From IMG/VR virus record IMGVR_UViG_3300044645_001220, positions 1 to 59,638 of that record: a stretch of 59,638 nt of DNA; one strand, 5' to 3'. This DNA is from a virus (taxonomy: Duplodnaviria; Caudoviricetes). The position numbers were made by a program, and so were the translations under genes. Under the pieces are notes generated by a model. It searched no databases, was not told where the DNA came from, and was given only the letters and a program-made list of their open reading frames with translations. Of the stretch, positions 15,969 through 26,333 are shown in pieces (positions within the stretch are counted from its first letter, which is position 1; every line of letters begins with the position of its first letter).

Positions 15969-17697
15969 GCAGAGGAAGCGGGAGTTCCTTTCAGTCTATC
16001 GGCCAAGTCCTCAGCAAGAAGAAGTTCATCGATCTCCATGCACTGAGCTTATCATCCGTGGTGGTAAGCGTTCAGGAAAGTCAGTCGCGGCGGCAGCGGT
16101 ATTCGGATCTCGCGTTACCGGAACACCGATCATCGGCATTGACGGCAAGCCAATCGATTCACGCTGGCCGGTCGCATCGCACAAGCACCCTCGGATTTAC
16201 TGGATCATCGGATGGGAGACTGACCATATCGGGCAAACCATTCACCGGCTTCTCTTCGAGCCAGGAATGGGGGGCCAGTTCCGTTGCATACGGGACGAAG
16301 TGACGGGGCAGTGGCGAACATACAATCGAGCAGACCCGAAGGACCAGGACCGATACAAGGAATCCCAGCTTACAGATCCAGTCATCCCGGAACGAATGAT
16401 CGTCAAAGATTCCTGGGCCTGGGAGGACAAGAGGCAGAACATCTTCTCTCAGGTGGAGCTTACCAACGGGGCGAGAATCTGTGCGTATCCTTCGAGCGCT
16501 CTGCATCCAAAGCAGGGGGATGCAATCAGCGGGATATGGATCGACGAAGACATCAGATACCCCAAGCACCTGAAGGAATGGCAAGACCGACTCACTGACG
16601 AAGAGGGTTGGTTCATTTGGTCAGTGTGGCCGCACAACCAGAACGATGCACTGGTGAAGTTGCTCGATCGTGCCGACGCTGCTGTCGAAGAGGACGAGCC
16701 TCAAATCAGATCCTTCCGTTTGGCCATGACCGAGAACCCGTTCATCACGGAGAAAGGGAAGCGGGAATCCCTTGGCCGAATGGATAGCGCCGACGAAATC
16801 GCAAGGCGAAACTACGGCGACCTAATGACCGACACCTATGCGATGTACTCGATCCATGTGGACTCGCATTTCATCCAGTCGAAAGACACGAAGACCGACA
16901 AGTTCACGCCGACATTCGCGAAGGTTTACGACCTATGGAAGACATCGGGCAAGTTTCCCAGAACGTGGACCAGATACCTTGCGATCGACCCATCGAATAC
17001 CAGGACGGCGGTTTTAAGTTTCGTGATCCCTCCCCAAGAAGACGCTCGCGTCTACTACGGTTCGATGGCCATTGTCGAATGGGAACTGGTGGTCAAGAAG
17101 TTCTCTGCCCGAATGCTTGCAGAGGAGCTTGCAAGAAAGTGTTCTGGTGAAACATACGAGGCGTTCATCATGGACCAGATGGCGGGAAGAATGACAACAA
17201 TCGGACGAGATGATACGACTTTTCAAGCGTATGAAAAAGAATTTAAGAAGGTGAAATTATATGCACGATCGTCGGGGCATGGATTTATCCCCGGTTGCAA
17301 TGTTCCATCGCAACGCTACCGCATCGTTCGTGATATGCTTTCAATTCAACCGGACTCGCAATGCCCCATGCTGATTCTTGTCGAGAGTCAGTGCCCGGAA
17401 ACTCGGAAAGAATTTACGACGTACCGGAAGAAAGTCATGGAGCAGGCAGACGGAGAGGTTATCCTAGATCAGCCGAGCAATCCCAGGACACACGACTGCA
17501 TGGCCGCACTAGAATACGGCTGTGCTTACCTGTATCCCCTGATGATGCAAGGCGCAGCGTACATAGATCCGTCACTGAACCGCGCAAACGGAAGCGGTAT
17601 TTACCAGAAGGCGATGGGACTCCTGAAGAAACTATCGGCAGGAGACTCAGAGTTTGTTCACCTTGGACCCGGAGCATTCGACGATGCCACTCGATGA
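15931..17697 (+). CDS. terL: Terminase large subunit
   Basis: Q motif, Walker A GGKRSGKS, Walker B IWIDED, ENPF, RNase H-like YLAIDP and HDCMAALEY. Confidence 0.9.
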   Translation: MANRLNELTLALEQRKREFLSVYRPSPQQEEVHRSPCTELIIRGGKRSGKSVAAAAVFGSRVTGTPIIGIDGKPIDSRWPVASHKHPRIYWIIGWETDHIGQTIHRLLFEPGMGGQFRCIRDEVTGQWRTYNRADPKDQDRYKESQLTDPVIPERMIVKDSWAWEDKRQNIFSQVELTNGARICAYPSSALHPKQGDAISGIWIDEDIRYPKHLKEWQDRLTDEEGWFIWSVWPHNQNDALVKLLDRADAAVEEDEPQIRSFRLAMTENPFITEKGKRESLGRMDSADEIARRNYGDLMTDTYAMYSIHVDSHFIQSKDTKTDKFTPTFAKVYDLWKTSGKFPRTWTRYLAIDPSNTRTAVLSFVIPPQEDARVYYGSMAIVEWELVVKKFSARMLAEELARKCSGETYEAFIMDQMAGRMTTIGRDDTTFQAYEKEFKKVKLYARSSGHGFIPGCNVPSQRYRIVRDMLSIQPDSQCPMLILVESQCPETRKEFTTYRKKVMEQADGEVILDQPSNPRTHDCMAALEYGCAYLYPLMMQGAAYIDPSLNRANGSGIYQKAMGLLKKLSAGDSEFVHLGPGAFDDATR

Positions 17698-18124
17698 AAG
17701 TCATCTGCAACCCTACCGACTTCAGCTTGAAGGGTACAAGGAGACGGCAAAGAATCCTCTCCCAACCCCTCCAGTCGGATCTTCCGTCGCTTGGTACAGC
17801 AACGGGAAGAAGGATGATCCCGAACGAGAACATGCGGCAATCGTCACGAAGATTCAAGACTCAGGTAAGATTTCGCTGATCGTCTTCCGTCCAAATGCAA
17901 TGCCGATTCACAAGACCGGCGTGTACTTTCACGAACATCAGTCTCACGCAAAGCCAAGCAATGCCGAGACAATGACCAACGGATGCTGGGATTACCCGAA
18001 GTTCTCGAAGGTTCCCAAAGAGCATTACGACTACCACCTCAAACAGTTGAGTGCCCGCATGGAGGCTGTCCAGCAACAGATCCAGACGCTCAGTCAAACA
18101 CTGAAAGAGCCAGCAAAAGCATAG
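17684..18124 (+). CDS. Hypothetical protein
   Basis: SD GGAG; P.VG..V...AAIVT motif; between TerL and portal. Confidence 0.7.
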   Translation: MPLDESHLQPYRLQLEGYKETAKNPLPTPPVGSSVAWYSNGKKDDPEREHAAIVTKIQDSGKISLIVFRPNAMPIHKTGVYFHEHQSHAKPSNAETMTNGCWDYPKFSKVPKEHYDYHLKQLSARMEAVQQQIQTLSQTLKEPAKA

Positions 18125-18134
18125 GTAAAGCACG

Positions 18135-20288
18135 ATGGATTACTCGGTTATCGAGTCCGAGTTCTTCCGGCCTATGCACACCGCTTGGCTGGCAAAGCTA
18201 GACTGCGCAGAAGCAGCACGCAAAGACTGGAAAGAAGTCTCCGAAGAATGCCTGATGTTCTACGGGAAGTCTGCCGCTGCCATGTGGAGCGACGACTACT
18301 CGAAGAAATTCTGGAAAGGTGTCAAGGCTCCCAAGTTTCGCATCACAGTCAACAAGGCGTTTGAACTTGTTGCCATCTTCGGACCCTCTCTGTTGTGGGA
18401 GAACCCTTTCCGAAATGTGGTGCCGAGAAAGAAGCAGCGATTCGATCTGGACGATCTTGTCTCTGACCCGAACATGCTTCAGTTCTACCAGCAGCTTCAA
18501 GAGCAGCAGGATTCTTTTGAGTCCACTGATCGAGTCACTGCACAACTGATGCAGACTTGGCTGAACTACACCGTTCGGGAGATTCCCGGAGGCGGGTTGG
18601 TTCGGCAGTGCGAAAAAGCTACTACCAACGCTCTAATCAAAGGGCGTGGAATCATAGTGGCAAGGCCGTACATCACCCCAGGAAGCAACAAAGTTATCAC
18701 CGGTGGGTTTAATCTCGACCCAGAAGATTTGCTGATCGACCCAGACGCAAAGAGCCTGGACGACGCGAAGTGGATTGCGATCCGCCATGTCGATCCGTAC
18801 TGGGAAGTCGAGCGACGATTCCAGTTGCCGAAGGATACTCTCAAGGAAAAGGCTACCCTCGAAAGTCTATGGCGATACTCTGAGGCGTTTGCCGTCAGTG
18901 GCAGAGGGACCGCCGACCGCAAGGCTGGAAAGGGACGCGACCTAGTTGTCTGGTACGAGATCCTTTCCAAGATGGGTGCGGGTTGCCGAAACTGCGGAAT
19001 GGTTGACGGAATCCAGCAGCAGCTTGAGGAAACCGTAGGCCAGTACGCCTACATTGCAATCTGCGATAGCGTTCCCTGGCCCCTGAACTGCCCGTCCGAT
19101 CGACTCCGGGACGGCATGACGAACGAAGAAGTTCAGCAAGCGTTCTCTTGGCCAATCCAGTCATGGAAGGATAGTCGCTGGCCGATGGAAGTTTTGGACT
19201 TCTACCCAGACCCAACCTCGCCTTGGCCAATGCCTCCACTCCAGCCTGCAATGGGGGAACTGAAGCTCCTGAACTTCCTGATCCCCTGGCTGTGCAATCG
19301 GGTGTGGAGTTCTTCGAGAGACTTCTGGGCAGTTCCAAGGCAGTACCTAGACGACTACCGGGAAACGATCCTGAAGGGTGAGGACCAGTCGCTACTTGCC
19401 GTCCCTCCTGGAGTGGACGATGTTCGCAAGTCCCTTCAGATTCTTCAGCAGCCTGAGACTCGCGGCGACCTACTGAGAATCATTGAGTTCGTGTCGATGC
19501 AGTTCGACAAGCGAACCGGCTTGATGGCCACGGCCTACGGTGGCAACGAAGGCGGCACGCAGAACAGGACGGCAGAGGAAACCATCGCCAAGCAGAGAGC
19601 GATCGGCATTCGACCTGAGTACATGCAGAAACAAGTGGTGAAGTGGCAGTCAGACTTTGCATCCCTTGAAGCATTCATCACCAAGACATTCGTAACCAGT
19701 ACCGACGTTGACGAATTGCTTGGACCTCTTGGTGCGAGACTTTGGCAAGACTTCATCGAAGGACAGAGCGACGAGAAGATCACTCGCCAGTACGAGTACA
19801 CCATCGAAGCCAACTCGATACGCAGGCCGAACCGCGACAGGGATGTCATAAACTTCCAGCAGGCGATGAATATCTGGATGCCGGTTATGCAGCAGTACGG
19901 TGCAAGCTCTGGCGACTACGAGCCAATGAATGCACTGATGCGGAAGTGGGCCGAGTATCACGATGCCGACCTGGACGATGCCATGATTCCAGAGAAACCA
20001 GAGCCGGAACCAGAAGAACAACAGATGCAGCAGCAGCAACAGATGCTCGCCATGCAGAAGGACGAAGCCACGATAGCAAAGCTCCAAGGCGAGGCCCAAC
20101 GAGCCGCCGCGATGGCACAGATGCAAGGTCAGGCCGACCCGACAGCAGACCAGCAAATGCGACTGATGATGGCACAGCAGGAAGCACAACTCAAACTCGG
20201 ACAGAAACAACAGGAGTTTGAGCAGAAGACCGCACAAGACGTTGAGCGGTTCAACATCGACATGATAAAGAAGGCGCTCTCAACATGA
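18135..20288 (+). CDS. Portal protein
   Basis: 717 aa after TerL; ALIKGRG, DLLIDPDA, RTAEE, Q-rich coiled-coil C-terminus (P22-like barrel). Confidence 0.8.
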   Translation: MDYSVIESEFFRPMHTAWLAKLDCAEAARKDWKEVSEECLMFYGKSAAAMWSDDYSKKFWKGVKAPKFRITVNKAFELVAIFGPSLLWENPFRNVVPRKKQRFDLDDLVSDPNMLQFYQQLQEQQDSFESTDRVTAQLMQTWLNYTVREIPGGGLVRQCEKATTNALIKGRGIIVARPYITPGSNKVITGGFNLDPEDLLIDPDAKSLDDAKWIAIRHVDPYWEVERRFQLPKDTLKEKATLESLWRYSEAFAVSGRGTADRKAGKGRDLVVWYEILSKMGAGCRNCGMVDGIQQQLEETVGQYAYIAICDSVPWPLNCPSDRLRDGMTNEEVQQAFSWPIQSWKDSRWPMEVLDFYPDPTSPWPMPPLQPAMGELKLLNFLIPWLCNRVWSSSRDFWAVPRQYLDDYRETILKGEDQSLLAVPPGVDDVRKSLQILQQPETRGDLLRIIEFVSMQFDKRTGLMATAYGGNEGGTQNRTAEETIAKQRAIGIRPEYMQKQVVKWQSDFASLEAFITKTFVTSTDVDELLGPLGARLWQDFIEGQSDEKITRQYEYTIEANSIRRPNRDRDVINFQQAMNIWMPVMQQYGASSGDYEPMNALMRKWAEYHDADLDDAMIPEKPEPEPEEQQMQQQQQMLAMQKDEATIAKLQGEAQRAAAMAQMQGQADPTADQQMRLMMAQQEAQLKLGQKQQEFEQKTAQDVERFNIDMIKKALST

Positions 20289-21001
20289 CAGCAGCTTGGA
20301 TTCAGGACGAAGAAGACGAATGCGTTCACGAAGCCATTGTCGCTAAGTACCCGGACTGGGCTGGTTACATCGATCTTCTCATCATCCCTCCCGATTGGAG
20401 CGAGGTGGTCGAGGAGTTTCCAGAGTGCGGCCGTAGTTCGCTGAAGTCTTACGAACATCGGGTCACAAGCTACGGCATCCCATGCTTGGCTCTCTATGTC
20501 AAGATGCGACGAGAAGGCACTGCCCACAAGTTCGCTGAAATGGTGGCGACCCAGGCGGGTCCGGTTCTATCAACCGACGACACGTTCTTTGCAGGGTTTG
20601 GTACAGTCTACGATCAGTTCCAGAGCCAGAAGCACCTGAAGCGGTACGTTGACGCTGCGAAGAAGCAGGGATTCACCCCAGGCGTCAACGACGTTTACAT
20701 GCCTGGACTCGCACAGAGGCCGGGAGATCCCGCCGCTTGGGTAAGCCGAGCGCAGGGGAGAGGGTACATTCGCAGGCTGCTCGAATCACGAGGGTATGAG
20801 TGCAACGGAAAGCTATCCGAGATCGTTGCTCGACCACCCGAAGATGATCCTCTCGCTCCCAAGAACTGCAAGCCACTTGGCGAGGATATTATCCGAAGGA
20901 ATATCGCGAAGTACCAATCGGCAGATCCGTCCCTGCGGAACAAAAGCCGCAGGGAATTGCGGGAAATGGTTATCGAAAAGCACAGTCACAAAATTCACTA
21001 G
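20285..21001 (+). CDS. Hypothetical protein
   Basis: 238-aa ORF with ATGA overlap. Confidence 0.75.
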   Translation: MTAAWIQDEEDECVHEAIVAKYPDWAGYIDLLIIPPDWSEVVEEFPECGRSSLKSYEHRVTSYGIPCLALYVKMRREGTAHKFAEMVATQAGPVLSTDDTFFAGFGTVYDQFQSQKHLKRYVDAAKKQGFTPGVNDVYMPGLAQRPGDPAAWVSRAQGRGYIRRLLESRGYECNGKLSEIVARPPEDDPLAPKNCKPLGEDIIRRNIAKYQSADPSLRNKSRRELREMVIEKHSHKIH

Positions 21002-21009
21002 GAGGCATC

Positions 21010-21303
21010 ATGCCAATCAGCAAACGAACACGACGCATCTTTGCCACTGGACTTGCAAACAGAGCGGCGGCTAACAAGATTTGCGACATCGCTGACGCAG
21101 GAACCACAGGGACCACCGTTCCAGCGGGAACCCGAAGGGCCTTGACCATTGCAATCGGAAATGCCAAGGAGGCTGACACGATTGCCGACTGCTGCGAAAC
21201 AGGCGCAGCGATTCCAGCGAATTGTCGAACTGCCCTTGCGGTAGTAATGGGCAATCGAGGTGCGGCAAACGAACTTGTCACTGCAATCAACGCGATTGCG
21301 TGA
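21010..21303 (+). CDS. Small protein with three internal ~32-aa repeats
   Basis: SD GGAGG; R.AL....GN...A..I unit repeated three times. Confidence 0.7.
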   Translation: MPISKRTRRIFATGLANRAAANKICDIADAGTTGTTVPAGTRRALTIAIGNAKEADTIADCCETGAAIPANCRTALAVVMGNRGAANELVTAINAIA

Positions 21304-21314
21304 GGATTCACGAA

Positions 21315-21602
21315 ATGGCTACAGAAGGGACTATCATGAAGCCTGAGAATCTACCAGTACCACCAAGCGACAGTTCTGGATTGATGAACTGGGTTCTTGG
21401 AATCCTTGCCAGTGCCCTTGCCGCAATGTGGAAGATACGCGAAGGCGAAAACAGCAAGAAAATCAAAAGCCTTGAGGATGCAGTTGCCTCATGTGCTGAA
21501 GAACACAAGAAGTCCACCAGGGAAATCATCGAACTCACTTCGGAAGTGGGCTACATGAAGGGCAGGCTTGAGGAAATCGAGCAGAAGATAGCCAAGTCGT
21601 GA
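21315..21602 (+). CDS. Single-TM plus coiled-coil protein (holin-like)
   Basis: WVLGILASALAAMW followed by a coiled coil ending ..KGRLE. Confidence 0.55.
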   Translation: MATEGTIMKPENLPVPPSDSSGLMNWVLGILASALAAMWKIREGENSKKIKSLEDAVASCAEEHKKSTREIIELTSEVGYMKGRLEEIEQKIAKS

Positions 21603-21609
21603 GGGTGTG

Positions 21610-22059
21610 ATGGCAGACGTTATCAACCGGCTGAGTCGGGAGTACAGGCGATCAGTCAATACGCCAGACTACCCTCTGTCGGATTGGATTATCAATCCCG
21701 ATCTTTCAAAAGTCACAGGCGTTCCCTGGAGATACTGGAAGATTGTCGGTGACTCAGTGTTGCCAATGACCCAGGAAGAGCGAGATATTGTTGACGCTCC
21801 ACAGCCAAGAACTGAGCTATACCCGTTTGAGTTACTGAGCCTACTTACTCCATCGCAAGTGGTTGCGGTTCAAACTAGCCTTGACCCGCTGGTGATTCTT
21901 CTTCGGTCAAAGCTACAGACAATCGTTACTCCGATTCCGTTTGTCGATGGGTCTGAAGTCTATGAAGCCATTGAATACTTAGGCGTGTCGATACCGCAAT
22001 ACTTTTCATATTCTGAGGTGCAGAGAATCCTAAGAGGCGAGGTTCCGAGTGGCCAATAA
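21610..22059 (+). CDS. Putative tail-associated protein
   Basis: WIINPDLS.V..VP.RYWK..GD.V..MT..E motif; structural context. Confidence 0.6.
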   Translation: MADVINRLSREYRRSVNTPDYPLSDWIINPDLSKVTGVPWRYWKIVGDSVLPMTQEERDIVDAPQPRTELYPFELLSLLTPSQVVAVQTSLDPLVILLRSKLQTIVTPIPFVDGSEVYEAIEYLGVSIPQYFSYSEVQRILRGEVPSGQ

Positions 22060-22549
22060 CTTCGAAATCAATCTACCCGCCCAGTCGTTCATGATTCCTT
22101 CTACGGCAGGATGTGCAAGACGAGTGTTGCAAGATCGTCCATTTCTTGCTTACGACGACACTACAGTCGAAGCAGCAATCAGTTTGCCGTTTGAAATGCC
22201 AGCTTCATACACCGGATCTGGGTCGCTAAAAGCTGACATTTTCTACATGATGGCGTCTGCGACAAGCGGAAAGGTTGATTTCGATGTGCTTGTCGAAGCG
22301 ATAACGACAGCAGATGCTCTCGACTTGGACTCTGCCTCTTCCTTCGATTCCGCAAACAGCGGAGATCAGGCAGTCCCGTCGGTAGCAGGATACTTGGGCC
22401 AAGTCACAATAACACTTACAAATAAAGACTCTGTTGCAGCAGGAGATTATGTTCGCATCAGGCTTGAAAGAGACGCCGACGATGCAACCAATGACACTGC
22501 AACTGGAGACGCAAGAGTCTTGCTGGTAGTGATTCGAGAGGAAGTGTAG
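22049..22549 (+). CDS. Putative virion structural protein
   Basis: Beta-rich, AGD.V.IRLERDA motif; overlapping starts and stops. Confidence 0.65.
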   Translation: MANNFEINLPAQSFMIPSTAGCARRVLQDRPFLAYDDTTVEAAISLPFEMPASYTGSGSLKADIFYMMASATSGKVDFDVLVEAITTADALDLDSASSFDSANSGDQAVPSVAGYLGQVTITLTNKDSVAAGDYVRIRLERDADDATNDTATGDARVLLVVIREEV

Positions 22550-23328
22550 TGGCAAGAGACTTCAACGGAACAACCGATAGATTGCTCCAGGGGTCTGCAT
22601 TCAGCGGAGGATCTCTTGGGATCGGTACGTTTTCTTGCTGGATAAAAACTTCGTCAACGACAATTCGCTGCGCTTGGGGCGTCATCGAAACTGGAAACAC
22701 TGGAATCGCTGCTTTATACATCAATACCCAAAACGGATCTACGACAACAAACGGCTCTGTCACTTGGCAGATTCGAGATGGTTCAGGATTCCAAGACTTG
22801 GGGTATGTGGCATCAACTGGAATAAATGACGGCGCTTGGCATCATGTTGTAGTAGTTCGGAATGCAGGAACCACACGTCTCTACATTGACGGGACAGAAA
22901 GAACACTGACGTTCAGCAATAACACGTTGGGTTCATCGTCAATCACATTTGCCAGACCAGTTGCAATAGGAGCAAGAAACATCCGAGGAGTATACGATCA
23001 ATACTTTCTTGGAGAAGTTGCACATTGGGCTGAGTGGGACGTAGAACTTTCACTGTCGGATGTTGAATCGCTCAACGATGGAGCAGTACCAGAGATGGTC
23101 AGGCCATCATCTTTGGTCAACTACTATCCGCTTGCTGGTGGAGATCCAGAGTTAGATATTATTGGCCTCAATAATCTAGGCATTACAGGAACATCGGTTA
23201 CTGATGATCCAGGAAAGATTTACTATCCGGCAATGCCGAGGGTAATATCAAAAAAATTTGATGCCACAACATTTCGATCCGCATGGGTAGCAAGACGGCC
23301 AGCCATGATCGGTGGAGGACTTCGGTAA
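22549..23328 (+). CDS. LamG/concanavalin A-like lectin domain protein
   Basis: TFSCWIKT, NDGAWHHVVVV, RLYIDG, IGA, F.G.V motifs. Confidence 0.85.
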   Translation: MARDFNGTTDRLLQGSAFSGGSLGIGTFSCWIKTSSTTIRCAWGVIETGNTGIAALYINTQNGSTTTNGSVTWQIRDGSGFQDLGYVASTGINDGAWHHVVVVRNAGTTRLYIDGTERTLTFSNNTLGSSSITFARPVAIGARNIRGVYDQYFLGEVAHWAEWDVELSLSDVESLNDGAVPEMVRPSSLVNYYPLAGGDPELDIIGLNNLGITGTSVTDDPGKIYYPAMPRVISKKFDATTFRSAWVARRPAMIGGGLR

Positions 23329-25877
23329 TGTATGCACGAAACAACGCAACACCGCGACCGATCTTGCTTGGTAGGGTTGTAAAGATCAGCGACGGAACGC
23401 TAGAGACATCCAGCGTGTCTATTGAAGTCTCAAAGGACGGTGGATACTGGTCCGCTGGTGCAGGAACCACGGCAGTAAATCGTGGTGAGTGGTCCTATGT
23501 TCCGACTCAGGGAGAGACGGATTGCGAGACGCTGCGAGTCGTCGCATACAAGACTGACTACTATTCCGCATCTGCCCAGGTAGTATTTAGCGCCTCCGCC
23601 ACCTTCGGCTACGCTGGAACCGATCAGAGCAAGATCGCCAATCCAACCGCAATCGTAAGCCTCGAAAATACATCAATCAAATCCGTGACTGATGCAGGAA
23701 CTCTAACAGCAGCATACGACGCAGCAAAAACAGCAGCGTCACAGACCAGCGTAGACGGCAAGCCGACGCTGGTTCAAATCGAAGGATCTACGATTCTTGC
23801 CAAGGAAGCGACATCTTCGTCCATCCTCACGGCAATCCAGAATCTCAACAACCTATCAGCAAAGATCAACATCTTTGGCTCTCCGCTTTTGGAGATTCCA
23901 GATTCGTCCTCGAACGTCTATGCCTTCACGGTTTTGGTGAAAGACGACGAAGACAAGCTCGTGAATCTTGACGCAAGCCCGACTATCGCAGCGGCCAATG
24001 CCGCAGGAACAAGCCGCTCTGCGAACCTGTCGGCAGTCTCCAATCCATCTACCGGGCGCTACACATTCACATACACCGTGGCTAGCACACATGCGGCTGA
24101 GAGTCTAAGGATCACCGTCTCAGGAACAGTCTCAACAGAAGGCCGATACATCGAATGGATCGGTGCAGTCGTAGACTACGACACGCTGACTACACTACTC
24201 CAGGTGAAAGCAAAGACGGACTTGATACCTTCTGACATTGGAAGCGTAATCGTTTCGGATAACAGCAACCGCGAAGTCAAGGTTACTGGATCAAAGCACA
24301 TCGCCTGCGATCTCCACGAAATACAGCCAGCAGTCATTGAGTCTACACACTTTGCTGCGACGTTCGTTCAGGACATGGGGATTGCCTTACAGTCAACCGC
24401 GACTTCGATTCTCACCGGAGTCAACCAGCTTACGTCAAGGATCACGGCAAACCTGTTCTCTGGCATCACCTACTTGAGCCGATGGCTTGGAGCAATCGCT
24501 GGCAAGACGGCAGACTCGGCGACCAGAGCAGAGATCAACGCGACCACAGCAGGGGCGGCGTACAACGAAACGACCGATTCGCTCCAGGCAATCCGCGATC
24601 GTGGCGACGAGGCTTGGGTTACTGGATCGGGTGGCGGTGGAGGTGGAGGTGCGAGCGGTGCGGGAACATACCCATCCCTCCAAGTTCCTCCGTATCCTCT
24701 GGCGATCTACATGACGAGCGATCTATTCACCTATGCCGATATTGTTCAGCGACTCAGGGACAAGAGGGGCTTGGCTGGAAGCACTCGCGAAATGCACATG
24801 CTGAAGATTGCAGTGCAGGACGCACTCACGGAACTCGCAGGACGATCGACATGGAGGCACTACAACAGGCGAGCATCGGTAACGACCAAGGCAGTCTCCT
24901 ACCACACCGCCTCCTACGACGCTTCGACGATGGTTATGTCCATCGCCACAGGAACATGGCCTACCGACGCGCAGTACGGCGAGGTGGTCTACGACAACCA
25001 GCGTTACAAAGTTGCGTCAAGGCTCACAGATACTACGCTGCTCATTCATTCAGCCACGGCACCAGCGGCGAACTTCACCAGCAAAGCCGTCACCTGGATG
25101 CAGGCGAGCTATGCCTTGCCGTTTATGATTCGGCAAATCAGGTCGGTGATTGACGAGGACGCATATAGGCCACTTGTCTACATGAGTCCAGCCGATGCGG
25201 TTCGCCATCGCAAGCTGGCAAGAACCACAGGGCAGACTCTCAGATACACCCTGCGATCGAGCGAGAACTACATGGGCCTCAAGGAGATCGAGTTCAGCCC
25301 AGTCCCAGCCCAGGCGACTCGCTTTGAGATTGCGATGATCGTCAGGCCCAGGCCGTTCAAGACTTACGAACTGACCGGGACCGACGGAGCATACACCACC
25401 AGCACCAAGACATTCACCTCTGCCACGGCAGCGTTCGAGGCAAATCATGTCGGGTGCATCCTTAGAATCTCCGCAAGCGCCACTCTGCCCAGGGGAAGGA
25501 CAATCTTCGACGAGGCGAGAGTTGACTTCGCCATCCAGACGTTCATCACGGAAGTCGTCTCTGCTACCGAAGTCAAGGTTTCGTCATCGTTCACGGCAAC
25601 CGCAAGCGGAAAGGGATACACTGTCAGCGACCCAGCAGACATCGATCCAACCACAATGCTTGCCGCTCTGGAAGCCTTGTCGTGGGAGAAATACTGCATC
25701 AATCACGAGCAGGCCGTCGAGCTTCTTCCCGCCGCCAGGGCGCTTGCCACCCAGGAATTTGACCGGGGAATCGCCGCCGATTCCGCAGATTCCAACCAGA
25801 GCGAAAGTGCGATCTGCTACGATGTTGATACCTTCGAGGACTTTGAACCGAACGTGGATGTGATGGGAGGCCAGTAA
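23328..25877 (+). CDS. Large virion protein: Ig-like/beta-rich N-half, Gly linker, head-tail-adaptor-like C-half
   Basis: TGRYTFTYTV; GSGGGGGGGASG linker; C-half starts TYADIVQRL...AVQDAL.EL...W. Confidence 0.6.
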   Translation: MYARNNATPRPILLGRVVKISDGTLETSSVSIEVSKDGGYWSAGAGTTAVNRGEWSYVPTQGETDCETLRVVAYKTDYYSASAQVVFSASATFGYAGTDQSKIANPTAIVSLENTSIKSVTDAGTLTAAYDAAKTAASQTSVDGKPTLVQIEGSTILAKEATSSSILTAIQNLNNLSAKINIFGSPLLEIPDSSSNVYAFTVLVKDDEDKLVNLDASPTIAAANAAGTSRSANLSAVSNPSTGRYTFTYTVASTHAAESLRITVSGTVSTEGRYIEWIGAVVDYDTLTTLLQVKAKTDLIPSDIGSVIVSDNSNREVKVTGSKHIACDLHEIQPAVIESTHFAATFVQDMGIALQSTATSILTGVNQLTSRITANLFSGITYLSRWLGAIAGKTADSATRAEINATTAGAAYNETTDSLQAIRDRGDEAWVTGSGGGGGGGASGAGTYPSLQVPPYPLAIYMTSDLFTYADIVQRLRDKRGLAGSTREMHMLKIAVQDALTELAGRSTWRHYNRRASVTTKAVSYHTASYDASTMVMSIATGTWPTDAQYGEVVYDNQRYKVASRLTDTTLLIHSATAPAANFTSKAVTWMQASYALPFMIRQIRSVIDEDAYRPLVYMSPADAVRHRKLARTTGQTLRYTLRSSENYMGLKEIEFSPVPAQATRFEIAMIVRPRPFKTYELTGTDGAYTTSTKTFTSATAAFEANHVGCILRISASATLPRGRTIFDEARVDFAIQTFITEVVSATEVKVSSSFTATASGKGYTVSDPADIDPTTMLAALEALSWEKYCINHEQAVELLPAARALATQEFDRGIAADSADSNQSESAICYDVDTFEDFEPNVDVMGGQ

Positions 25878-26323
25878 TGGGGTCCACCGACCGGCACCTA
25901 GCACACGCCAACCGTATCGTCGAAATCCTCAAGACGATCACTTGGCCAGACGGAATCAAAGCCGACGAGGTTCGCCGATCCGAGGACGTATTCAACGCAT
26001 CCTCTCCGGGCAGAGGGATTCATGTCATCGTCAACGAGGAAGACTTCGGCATCGGAGTTTCCAACAAGACAGACGTTCGATACAAATGCACAGTTGTACG
26101 GGTGATTCCCGTATCAACCCACCAAAGAGACAGCCTGAACTATCGCTCTCAGTTCCGCATACTGGTGAGACAGTACCTAAATGACTTGCGGATAATGACG
26201 GATGGTTCTTGCGAAATCATCACGAAAGTTAAGCCGAGCCAAATGCGGTTTCCCAGAGAATGGAGAAAGTCGCTGGACGTTTCGGCAATGGAAGTCACCA
26301 CCCTGATACGGGAAGTTTTGTAG
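25877..26323 (+). CDS. Putative tail completion/terminator protein
   Basis: 148 aa immediately before the tube gene. Confidence 0.45.
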   Translation: MGSTDRHLAHANRIVEILKTITWPDGIKADEVRRSEDVFNASSPGRGIHVIVNEEDFGIGVSNKTDVRYKCTVVRVIPVSTHQRDSLNYRSQFRILVRQYLNDLRIMTDGSCEIITKVKPSQMRFPREWRKSLDVSAMEVTTLIREVL

Positions 26324-26333
26324 GAGAGACGCA

